Positions 8,858 through 16,998 of a stretch of 19,276 nt of DNA are shown in pieces. Made by a program: the position numbers and the translations under genes. The stretch is taken from positions 1-19,276 of the forward strand of contig JBIQJB010000034.1 in NCBI GenBank assembly GCA_044507735.1, read 5' to 3'. Numbering within the stretch: position 1 is the stretch's first letter; every line of letters begins with the position of its first letter. Below the pieces are notes generated by a model. The model did not search any database, was not told the origin of the DNA, and saw only the letters and a list, made by a program, of their open reading frames with translations. The DNA is from Nitrosopumilales archaeon. GTDB taxonomy: Archaea > Thermoproteota > Nitrososphaeria > Nitrososphaerales > Nitrososphaeraceae.

Positions 8858-9721
8858 TTGGTAGCGCAAATCATTGATGGCAAGGTTGTGTCGGCCGACG
8901 TCAAGGAACGCGTAAAGAAAGCAGTACAAGAGCTCAAAGAGCAGGGAGTACAGCCATGCCTTGCAACTGTTCTGGTGGGAGACGACCCTGCATCGGCAAC
9001 ATATGTCAGAAGCAAGCAGAACGACGCAAAAGAAGTCGGAATCGCCACTAGAGACCACAGGCTTGCGGCCACCTTCAAACAGGACGAGCTTGTCGAATTG
9101 GTTAGGCTGCTCAACAATGACCCCGAAGTTCACGGGATACTTGTACAGCTCCCGCTGCCAAAGCATATTGAACAGCTAGAAATAATCACAGCCCTGAACC
9201 CGCTCAAGGATGTAGACGGCCTGACACCTTACAATGCCGGAATGCTCCAGAATGGGATGGGACTGCTAAAACCATGCACTCCTTCGGGCATTATGGAAAT
9301 GCTTGACTATTACAAGATAGACATTTCAGGTATGGATGCAGTGGTGGTCAACCGCAGCAACTTGGTAGGCAAGCCACTTGCATTGTTGCTTCTCGAAAAG
9401 GACGCCACCGTGACGCTCTGTCATTCAAAGACAAAGGATCTGACTTCAAAGCTGCAAAAGGCTGATCTGGTCGTGACTGCCGTTGGCAATCGCCAGCGCT
9501 TTACACTCACCGGCGACATGATAAAGCAGGGCGCAATAGTGATCGATGTAGGCACTGCAAGACTGAACAACAAGCTTGTGGGTGATGCCGACTTTGAATC
9601 AGTCAGAGAAAAGGCATCATGGGTCACACCTGTGCCAGGTGGTGTGGGATTGATGACGCGAGCGATGCTTCTGAAAAATACGGTTACTGCGGCCTCCATT
9701 GGAAAAGAGATGAGCAAGTAG
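8858..9721 (+). CDS. folD: Bifunctional methylene-THF dehydrogenase/cyclohydrolase
   Basis: IIDGK, GDDPASATYVRSK, HGILVQLPLP, KDVDG, PCTPSG, RSNLVGKP, VIDVG, TPVPGGVG.MT. TTG 8858 is the likely start. Confidence 0.96.
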   Translation: MVAQIIDGKVVSADVKERVKKAVQELKEQGVQPCLATVLVGDDPASATYVRSKQNDAKEVGIATRDHRLAATFKQDELVELVRLLNNDPEVHGILVQLPLPKHIEQLEIITALNPLKDVDGLTPYNAGMLQNGMGLLKPCTPSGIMEMLDYYKIDISGMDAVVVNRSNLVGKPLALLLLEKDATVTLCHSKTKDLTSKLQKADLVVTAVGNRQRFTLTGDMIKQGAIVIDVGTARLNNKLVGDADFESVREKASWVTPVPGGVGLMTRAMLLKNTVTAASIGKEMSK

Positions 9722-10279
9722 CTGGTAAGTAGCAAGCAGGACATTAGGCGTAGGATGCTTGAGGAGCGCAACGCCCTTGAAGCTTCTGAGATCACAAGGC
9801 GTAGCAATAAGATTCAGGAAATACTGATAAGCTGTAGGGAATTCAAGTCAGCAAAAACGATCGGTGCATACTATGCTTTTGGCTCCGAAGTCAGGACGAA
9901 CTTGATAATCGAAACAGCCCACTCATTAGGAAAGAAAATCGCACTTCCTAGTGTCGAAGGAGATAGTCTGACATTCTATGAGTTGTCCTCTGAGAAATGT
10001 CTGGTAAAGGGGCGGTTTGGAATAATGGAGCCGCTACCGTCCAGTCCTGTTGACAACATTGATTTGCTAGTCGTGCCTGGAGTTGCTTTTGACAGGCATG
10101 GAAACAGGTTAGGATACGGCAAGGGCTACTATGACAAATATTTGGCAAAGAATAAGAATACAATATCACTTTGCGCAGGGCTCGCTTATTCGTTCCAACT
10201 GTTGGACCGCCTTCCTCGGCGCGAACACGATGTGCGACTCGATGCCATAGCAACTGAGAATGGAATCCAATATACTTAA
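9722..10279 (+). CDS. 5-formyltetrahydrofolate cyclo-ligase
   Basis: SEV, GRFGIMEP, IDLLVVPGVAFDRHGNRLGYGKGYYD, HDVRLD. The family N-terminal helix KQDIRRRML begins upstream of ATG 9755, so the start is uncertain (CTG 9722 proposed). Confidence 0.9.
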   Translation: MVSSKQDIRRRMLEERNALEASEITRRSNKIQEILISCREFKSAKTIGAYYAFGSEVRTNLIIETAHSLGKKIALPSVEGDSLTFYELSSEKCLVKGRFGIMEPLPSSPVDNIDLLVVPGVAFDRHGNRLGYGKGYYDKYLAKNKNTISLCAGLAYSFQLLDRLPRREHDVRLDAIATENGIQYT

Positions 10280-11568
10280 CGCCCTATTGCTCTTCGAGCA
10301 ATGTCTGTCCTGTAATAATGCCCGTTGTCTCCCCATCGGATCTTTCTGACCGCTGAATACGCGTTGTCTATTGCCTGTCTTGTATCCTTGCCAAGTGCTG
10401 TGACTCCAAGGACACGACCTCCGCTTGTGACAACTCTGTTCCGTTGATCGCGAGCAGTACCTGCGTGAAAGATTGTTATGTCTGGGCCAAAGCCAGAATC
10501 AAGTCCTTCTATCACACTGCCTTTTTCATAGCTGCCTGGGTATCCCCGTGAGGCCATGACTACGCATACTGCGGTCTGGTTTTTCCATTGTATTGGAGGC
10601 ATCCTATCCAACCTTCCGTCCACCGCTGCATCGATGTAATCATAAAGATCTGATTCCATCCTCATCATTATTGGCTGGCATTCTGGATCCCCCATCCTTG
10701 CGTTGAATTCGAGCACTTTTGGTTCGCCATTCTTGTTCTCTTCTACCATGATACCTGCGTAGAGAAAACCTTTGAAAGGAGTGCCGCGGTTTCTCATGGC
10801 GTTTATCGCGGGCTCCATCACTTTTTTGACTATTTTCTCATGGAGGGCGCTGTCAACAACTGGAGCTGGAGAATATGCGCCCATGCCGCCCGTATTAGGG
10901 CCTTTATCTCCATCAAAGATTCGCTTGTGATCTTGAGTTGACGCAAGTGGCATTATCGTTTTCCCGTCACACAGAGCAATGAACGATGCCTCCTCTCCAG
11001 ATAGGCGCTCTTCAACGACTACTTTGTTGCCGGCGCCGCCAAACTCTTTTTTAGTCATGATCCTGTCAACAGCTGCAATGGCTTCATTGGCATTATCGCA
11101 GACTACTACACCCTTGCCTGCTGCAAGACCGTCGGCTTTTACGACAAGCGGCCTGTCTTGCCTAGAGATGTACTCGCGCGCCTCTTGCGCATCTGAGAAT
11201 ATCGCGAAATCCGCAGTGGGAATGCCCGCCTCACGCATGAATTCTTTGGCAAATGCCTTGCTGGCTTCGAGCATAGCAGCCTCCTTGGTGGGACCAAAGA
11301 TGCGGAGTCCTTCACTTTCAAAAGCGTCAACAATGCCGAGCGAAAGGGGCTCTTCAGGACCCACTATTGTAAGCAGATTATTCTTAGCCTTTGCAAATGC
11401 CACTAGACCTGCGACATCGTTGGACTTGATATTGACATTTTCAGACGTACCTCCGTTTCCGGGAGCAAAGTACACCTTGTTGACCCGGTTGCTCTGCGAG
11501 ACCTTCCACCCCAGTGCATGTTCCCGGCCACCCGATCCAATGATAAGAACCTCATCCTTCAAGCCCAC
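10276..11568 (-). CDS. purD: Phosphoribosylamine-glycine ligase
   Basis: IIGSGGREHAL, APGNGG, VGPEEPL, VVKADGLAAGKGV, QDHKRIFDGDKGPNTGGMGAYSP, EFNARMGDPE, GGRVL, YYRTDIA. Confidence 0.97.
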   Translation of the reverse strand: MGLKDEVLIIGSGGREHALGWKVSQSNRVNKVYFAPGNGGTSENVNIKSNDVAGLVAFAKAKNNLLTIVGPEEPLSLGIVDAFESEGLRIFGPTKEAAMLEASKAFAKEFMREAGIPTADFAIFSDAQEAREYISRQDRPLVVKADGLAAGKGVVVCDNANEAIAAVDRIMTKKEFGGAGNKVVVEERLSGEEASFIALCDGKTIMPLASTQDHKRIFDGDKGPNTGGMGAYSPAPVVDSALHEKIVKKVMEPAINAMRNRGTPFKGFLYAGIMVEENKNGEPKVLEFNARMGDPECQPIMMRMESDLYDYIDAAVDGRLDRMPPIQWKNQTAVCVVMASRGYPGSYEKGSVIEGLDSGFGPDITIFHAGTARDQRNRVVTSGGRVLGVTALGKDTRQAIDNAYSAVRKIRWGDNGHYYRTDIARRAIGR

Positions 11569-11663
11569 GCTGGCAGTAAAGACAATCGGATAATAAATTG
11601 TTTGATTATCTTTCTCTTACTTTATTCGCTTGCCCTTTTAAGCGATATAGGTGTCTAACTGGC

Positions 11664-12155
11664 ATGAGCTCAGAAGCCGACAACGGACGCGCCCGGAGGG
11701 GCTTGGCATCTGCCAGTGAAGAAACAAGACAAAGAGTAGCGAGAAAGGGCGGCATCGCACCGCACCAAAAAAGAGGACTTGCAGCCGCAAATCCAGAAAC
11801 TAGAATGAGAGTAGCTAAGGCGGGTGGCGAAGCTAGGGCACAGGACCGGGAAGGGCTATCTGAGGCCGGACGACGAGGAGGCGAGGTAGTCAAGGAGCGC
11901 TATGGTTCGGACTTTTACCGGGAGATAGGGGAAAAGGGAGGAGGGGCTGTCAAGGAGCGCTATGGTACCGAATTCTACAGTGAGATCGGCAAGCGAGGAG
12001 GCGAGACAGTAAAGCAAGAACGCGGAGCCGAATACTATTCTGCCATAGGTCGAAAAGGCGGAGAGGCTCGGACTGGTGGCGATACTTCAGAAACACATGG
12101 TGCAACTAGTGATATACCTTCCAGCACTACTACTCAGACTTCAACCGCGGCCTAG
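11664..12155 (+). CDS. Stress-induced hydrophilin with KGG repeats plus GsiB/Em (group 1 LEA)-like 20-aa repeats
   Basis: Two RGLA.A..ETR.RVA..GG units, then 20-aa units GG..VKERYG..FY.EIG.(K/R). ATG 11664 lies about 25 nt after the TATA-like TTTTAAG. Confidence 0.85.
   Translation: MSSEADNGRARRGLASASEETRQRVARKGGIAPHQKRGLAAANPETRMRVAKAGGEARAQDREGLSEAGRRGGEVVKERYGSDFYREIGEKGGGAVKERYGTEFYSEIGKRGGETVKQERGAEYYSAIGRKGGEARTGGDTSETHGATSDIPSSTTTQTSTAA
11871..12062 (+). repeat. Coding tandem repeat with a 60-nt period (about 3 units)
   Basis: GTCAAGGAGCGCTATGGT occurs exactly at 11889-11906 and 11949-11966. A third, diverged unit starts near 12009. Confidence 0.85.
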
Positions 12156-12452
12156 CAGGTTGATGTTATCCTCGGCTATGGCCTGCAAGAACCCTATGTA
12201 TTCCCCATCCAGAAAATCTATGACTGTAAACTTGTTTTCCGAAATGGCTTTCCTTATGCTTTTTAGGTGATAACATTCGTCCTTGCCCGAAAGGGTGGTA
12301 AAGTAATAGTCCTTACATGAGCAAAATCCAAGATGCGGGTCGGCCCAGTATTCATTATCTTTACCAACAACGACCCATAGCTTTTTGCCGCTTGGCAAGA
12401 AAAGCATCTGTTTTACGCTACCTGACGTTACTGTTTCATCGATCCTTGACAC
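12141..12452 (-). CDS. SWIM zinc-finger protein
   Basis: FCSCKDY...ECYHL fits CxC-xn-CxH, preceded by the beta-strand segment LWVVVGKDNEYW. Confidence 0.85.
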   Translation of the reverse strand: MSRIDETVTSGSVKQMLFLPSGKKLWVVVGKDNEYWADPHLGFCSCKDYYFTTLSGKDECYHLKSIRKAISENKFTVIDFLDGEYIGFLQAIAEDNINLLGRG

Positions 12453-12489
12453 ACTGATTATTTATGTGTCCTGGCTGAATATAAAAAGC

Positions 12490-13245
12490 GTGAAAGTACG
12501 GCCACTCCACCCGCATGCCGCGCTATTACTTGAAGACCATCAAAAGTATGTAGCGGTCACAGACCTCCACATCGGGATTGAGGCTGAGCTTATGGGCAAG
12601 GGTGTATCGATGCAGAGCATTGTCACGGATATGGCGGACGAGCTGATACATCTGGTAGAGCGGGAACATGCGAATGGTATCATACTATTAGGCGATATCA
12701 AACATTCGGTTAGCTCAATTAGCAAGCAAGAGTGGGATGAAATACCTGCATTTTTTAGACGACTCGCGGCAAAGGCAGATGTTTATTTGATTCCCGGCAA
12801 TCACGATGGGAACATCGGGCACCTTTTGCCTACCGGCGTGAACTCTGTCAGTGTTAGGGGGATGACCCTCGGAGGAGATACACTGCTTGTGCACGGCCAT
12901 TCGATGCCATCTGACCTGCGATCAAACGTTGCCCGGATAGTTATGGGCCATATTCATCCAGTATTTGTAAAGAAAGGGAGCCTTTTACACGGGCAGCGAG
13001 TCTGGATATACATGCAGGCCCGCAGAGGGGCGCTATTTCCATCTACTGCTGAGGAAGGGGTAGTCGAGATTATCGTAGTGCCTAGCTTTAACCCCCATCT
13101 ATATGCAACAGGGGAGCATTATTACAAAAAGTCTAATTCCCCCATAATTACAAGGGTGATGCAAGCCGGAGTGGAAAAGTGCATCGTGGCGACGCTTGAC
13201 GGGTCGGTGGTCGGCGATGCGGCCGTTTTGCAGGACATATTATGA
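12490..13245 (+). CDS. Calcineurin-like metallophosphoesterase (COG1407-like)
   Basis: DLHIG, LLGDIKH, PGNHDG, HGH, MGHIHP, PSFN. GTG 12490 avoids overlap with the divergent SWIM gene. Confidence 0.9.
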   Translation: MKVRPLHPHAALLLEDHQKYVAVTDLHIGIEAELMGKGVSMQSIVTDMADELIHLVEREHANGIILLGDIKHSVSSISKQEWDEIPAFFRRLAAKADVYLIPGNHDGNIGHLLPTGVNSVSVRGMTLGGDTLLVHGHSMPSDLRSNVARIVMGHIHPVFVKKGSLLHGQRVWIYMQARRGALFPSTAEEGVVEIIVVPSFNPHLYATGEHYYKKSNSPIITRVMQAGVEKCIVATLDGSVVGDAAVLQDIL

Positions 13246-13803
13246 TAGCAAGAGACATTTGGGTCGCGCAAGTTTGCAATTATTCCACCCGGTTGCTGAA
13301 CGTTGCTGCATTCTTTCGCCATTTTTTCCCTGAGAGCAGAGTGGAACTATTTTTTCTGCAACCTGGGTCATCAGGATAGGCTGGGGCCATCACTCCCATG
13401 ACAGAGAGGCAGAAGATCGCACAACCACTCTTTCAGCTGGGGATTTGAAATTGAATTAGTTGTAGGCATTCCCTGTGGGCGCCTTACCCTGTGATACATA
13501 CACATGATGATGATTTGAATCGTATCTATTATTGGTTCTCGTTGGAAGGGTCAAGACGGCGCGACTATTCTTTTGTGAATCTGTAGGCGACAGATTTTGG
13601 CGGCAAATTCCTGCGCTATCAGAAGACGCTGGCATTTTCGACAACTGTAGTAGCATCCTGATGGCATAATTCACAAACCTGGCATGCGATTTTAGCAGGA
13701 AGACATTGCGACTGACGATTTTCTTGACGCTACAACAAGGCATTGTAAAACTGAATTATTTGCGGTAGTATCTCTCCCTTTGGGTTACTTCTTAGATTCC
13801 AAT

Positions 13804-13813
13804 AATTATTATA
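13804..13813 (+). promoter_or_regulatory. Putative TATA box of tRNA-Thr
   Basis: AT-only stretch containing TTATTATA about 28-35 nt upstream of the tRNA 5' end. Confidence 0.5.
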
Positions 13814-13840
13814 GGGTTTTTCAATTGCATTAGAATCAGC

Positions 13841-13937
13841 GCCTCGGTAGCTCAGCCTGGTAGAGCGTTACCTTGGTAAGGTAGAGGTCGCGGGTCCGAA
13901 AGTGCCTTCAAGAGCACCGGATATCCCGCCCGAGGCT
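13841..13937 (+). tRNA. tRNA-Thr(GGT) with a 23-nt non-canonical intron at position 59/60 (13901-13923)
   Basis: Acceptor GCCTCGG/CCGAGGC with U73. D arm GCTC/GAGC. Anticodon arm TTACC-TTGGTAA-GGTAG. T stem GCGGG/CCCGC encloses 30 nt that fold as a strict bulge-helix-bulge. Followed by TTTT. Confidence 0.95.
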
Positions 13938-14245
13938 TTTTCCAACATTCTTCAAGACATCTCGGGGTTGAAGTCGTTAGATAGTGCCTCGCCACGATGC
14001 GTTCCGTTGGTGGAGGACCAGTACTCGTACAGGGAGTACATGGTCACAGCCTGCAAAGGCGTATTACGCCATCGAAACATCCCAATCGTCTTGGTCGCGT
14101 CGCCTCTGACTCGATATAAGTGGGCATTTGAAATCTGATCATTTCGAGGCAACGAGTCATTCTCTGAAATCTCTATTCCAAAAGATGAACAGTACAGGTC
14201 ATCTGGCGTCATGTTAAACCGGTATGATCCCTCTTGGGTGGTCTT

Positions 14246-14518
14246 TTATCCGTCGCCTTTTGATTCTATTACTACCGGTGCTATCATCTCAGATTGCTTT
14301 AAAGAAGAATGTCCTTCAATTATCGACAACCTTGCCGCGCAATCTATGTGATAGTATTTTCTATTCTTGCCGACAGAAACGATTAGATCGGATACCTTGA
14401 ATGGCTTATTGCAATGTCTACAGAGACCTTTTTGTTTTCTATGAATAGTGTCAAAAATGCGAATTCGCGACACGCGGCTGGAGTTTCCGATAATTCGCAC
14501 AGTATTCGAACTTGACAT
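14246..14518 (-). CDS. Small zinc-finger protein (CxxC...HxxC)
   Basis: LCRHCNKPFKVSDLIVS....KYYHIDCA. ATG 14518 is preferred over the track's long extension, but the start is uncertain. Confidence 0.65.
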   Translation of the reverse strand: MSSSNTVRIIGNSSRVSRIRIFDTIHRKQKGLCRHCNKPFKVSDLIVSVGKNRKYYHIDCAARLSIIEGHSSLKQSEMIAPVVIESKGDG

Positions 14519-14984
14519 GCTAGCCGAAACGGGCGGCAGGTGACTCATTAGCATTTTGGTGGGTGATAAGATAAGAAAGAACGAAGCTTGTCCGCTATAT
14601 GCAAATTGGAGATGTATTTTCTGAAAGTATTGGCATAAAATATCGTGATTTAATGGTTCAGCTCGAACATCCGTAGCTTCCGTTCTCAACTATTGATTTC
14701 AAGATCTGCGCACACACTTCTTGACGTCGATATCGCGCACAATATCACAATCCGTCCCTGCAACACCTAGCGCGCCGCAAAAAGCCTGAGAGCCTGGTTG
14801 ACTATGTATTCAAAATTGCTTTTGGCATGTGCAACTGGCTTGAAGGGATCTCGTTTCTGATTATTCTTCGCGACTGAGCCTAGATGAGCATGCGCTTCTC
14901 GTGGCTAATGCAATGTTGTTCATGAATGCAACAGATGTCATGCTCCTTCGTGGCCGGGAATAGAGATCCGTCTTCTCTATCGAA

Positions 14985-15590
14985 TCATTTTCCATGCGGG
15001 GCCGTGAAAATATCTCTTCTAGCTCGGAAGAGAGTCATAAAGATCATAATTTCAATATCTTCTGCAAACAAATAGCTCACTGTAAGTGAATAGTATCCAT
15101 TAAAGCTCTCATCTGCACTGGCCAGCGTAATTGCCAATATTTCCATGTACGAGTATTTCTGCAAACTCTCTACCATCCTTGCTTGTACCTGCTCGCTTGC
15201 GGATCGCACATTCAACGGCTCTCCGATTCTCTCCTGCTTAAAATCCATGGTAATCAGACTGTCAGAATAGTTGGCGTAGCCATATTCAATAATGCCAAGT
15301 ATGCTGCCAAGGATGACTAGGCTCACGATGCCACTGATGTAAAAGAACTTTTTGCGGTACCAGTAGTTGAGCGATGAGTTTACTAATTCACGGTATTTCT
15401 GCAGCCTAGTGTAGCGCAGAGAAACGAAAAATATTGCAAAAGTGATTGTTACGGCACCTAAGGTGCCAACCCAAGTGTTGTGCAGCACAAAACCCAACAG
15501 AATCCGCACGCTGAACAGGACTGCAAACCATGCTATCAGAACAAGGATCTTGTCTTTTCCAAGATTATGTCCCCTTTTCTGCTCTAGCAA
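14985..15590 (-). CDS. Hypothetical multi-pass membrane protein
   Basis: 201-aa ORF with three clear hydrophobic helices and probably a fourth near the C-terminus. Confidence 0.75.
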   Translation of the reverse strand: MLEQKRGHNLGKDKILVLIAWFAVLFSVRILLGFVLHNTWVGTLGAVTITFAIFFVSLRYTRLQKYRELVNSSLNYWYRKKFFYISGIVSLVILGSILGIIEYGYANYSDSLITMDFKQERIGEPLNVRSASEQVQARMVESLQKYSYMEILAITLASADESFNGYYSLTVSYLFAEDIEIMIFMTLFRARRDIFTAPHGK

Positions 15591-15811
15591 GGATGATACT
15601 CGTTTTCCTTCTCTTTCTTATTAATCCTGTCATGTTCTGATGCAGTGGCACAACACAACCAATTGCAGGTCTTTGTCCATGCGTTCGCGAGGATATCGCC
15701 CTCGATCGGTACTCACCGATAGTAGCTGTATTGATGGATGCGAATAGGGGTTTGCAATTGATGCACCGCTGGCAAAACTTTAAAGTGCATCAGCGAGCAC
15801 TCCTAGACATC

Positions 15812-16624
15812 GTGTATTCCACCAAAGAGATCAAGCTCGTTTATTCCTCATCTGATATGCCAAAGCTAAGATCGCCCATGCTGATTTGCGGATTCCCGGG
15901 CAGCGGCTATGTGGGCAAGCTGGCAATCGACCACCTTATCCAAGAGCTGCCTGCGAAACACCTTGTAGATATTTACTCTAACTCCTTTCCTCCACAAGTT
16001 ATGATCAAGGCTGACGGAACAGCCGAGCTGATGAAAAATAGCATCTTTTGGTGGCAGAGTGGCAATGGTGCTAGTGACAGCGGGGACACAGATCTATTGT
16101 TGCTCACGGGTGACTCTCAACCGGCAACCCCTGACTCTGAATACTCGCTGGCCGAAGAAGTGCTGAGCATTGCGGGCCAATTTGGAACAAAACAAGTGTT
16201 CACCCTCGCAGCATACATCACAGGAGTCTTTGTAGACAAGCCTCGAGTCTTTGGGACTGCGACCGACTTGGAAATGGTGAAGGAATTTGCCTCGCACAAT
16301 GTTTCAGTGATGGATAGCGGTAGCATCACCGGCATGAACGGTCTTGTCATCGGCATTGCCAAGCTGCACAACATGAAAGGCATGTGCCTGCTTGGAGAGA
16401 CATCCGGCTATGTGGTTGATGCAAAGGCGTCCAAGGCAGTGCTTGAAACCTTGTTACAAATCATTGGAATAAAGGTTGATATGGAGAACCTTGAAAAACG
16501 CGCAAGAGATACCGAGATGCTCATCCATACCATTGAGCAGCAGATGCTCGGGGGTCGGACCGGTGGCAGACCGCTCGAGGGTCCTCAACAGAAGCCGCGG
16601 GATTCGACTGGATATATCAGTTAA
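15812..16624 (+). CDS. PAC2-family proteasome assembly chaperone
   Basis: GFPGSGYVGKLA.DHLI, FPPQV, LLLLTGDSQ, GSITGMNG, CLLGETSGY..D.KA, C-terminal GYIS. The TATA-like TTTAAA at 15779-15784 suggests a start near GTG 15812. Confidence 0.9.
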   Translation: MYSTKEIKLVYSSSDMPKLRSPMLICGFPGSGYVGKLAIDHLIQELPAKHLVDIYSNSFPPQVMIKADGTAELMKNSIFWWQSGNGASDSGDTDLLLLTGDSQPATPDSEYSLAEEVLSIAGQFGTKQVFTLAAYITGVFVDKPRVFGTATDLEMVKEFASHNVSVMDSGSITGMNGLVIGIAKLHNMKGMCLLGETSGYVVDAKASKAVLETLLQIIGIKVDMENLEKRARDTEMLIHTIEQQMLGGRTGGRPLEGPQQKPRDSTGYIS

Positions 16625-16930
16625 TCAGAGCTTTGTCATCTTACCGAACTTGCCTACGCTGATGCTGTTTTCGCCCTTGAACGTATTGATATAGCCGTTC
16701 TCTATTGAGAGCCTGTCACCCGGCTGCACCTTGTTGATGTCATCGCCCCACAACGAAAGCTTGATACTCCCTGTCTCATCTGAAATTATTGCGTCTGCCA
16801 CCGTGTTAGTGCCTCCTGCCTTCAGGTTGACTGTGCGCGGCTCACCAATACTATCCACCTTAGCGACAACGCTTACGTTTCGCATTCCCGCCTTTAGCTC
16901 GCTTATCTTCATGTTTTTTGCTTCATCCAT
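16625..16930 (-). CDS. ssb: Single-OB-fold single-stranded DNA-binding protein (SSB/RPA)
   Basis: MKISELKAGM.NV, VADAIISDETGSIKLSLW, GD...IENGY...FKG...SVGKFG. Confidence 0.9.
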   Translation of the reverse strand: MDEAKNMKISELKAGMRNVSVVAKVDSIGEPRTVNLKAGGTNTVADAIISDETGSIKLSLWGDDINKVQPGDRLSIENGYINTFKGENSISVGKFGKMTKL

Positions 16931-16998
16931 ATCTAATAATAAAGGTTAGGATCGGCAAAAAAAGGAGAGGGGCCGAGGAGAGAGGTGACAAGTTCCTC

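Noticed and set aside
9719-9721. Pyrrolysine insertion at the folD TAG
   Set aside because: No pyl genes occur in the window and TAG serves as an ordinary stop for several genes here.
10979-11593. 204-aa ORF antisense to purD, and similar shadow ORFs opposite the protease, cupredoxins, folD, PAC2 and SSB
   Set aside because: These are antisense shadows of well-supported genes, with Ser/Pro-rich, motif-free translations.
11889-11966. 18-nt direct repeats 60 nt apart as a possible mini-CRISPR
   Set aside because: They are in-frame coding repeats of the hydrophilin. The intervening sequences resemble each other and there are no cas genes.
13456-13743. 95-aa minus-strand ORF
   Set aside because: No motif and atypical composition, so it cannot be supported from sequence alone.
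13902-14138. 78-aa plus-strand ORF
   Set aside because: It starts inside the tRNA-Thr intron and has no recognisable motif.
14960-14980. ATAGAGA-N7-TCTCTAT hairpin after the membrane-protein stop as a terminator
   Set aside because: Weak AT-rich stem with no following U-tract. Archaeal termination usually relies on oligo-T.
16610-16624. PAC2 C-terminus GYIS as an unusual proteasome-binding (HbYX) motif
   Set aside because: Tyr is not penultimate, and YI(G/S/R) ends are, as I recall, ordinary for this subfamily.
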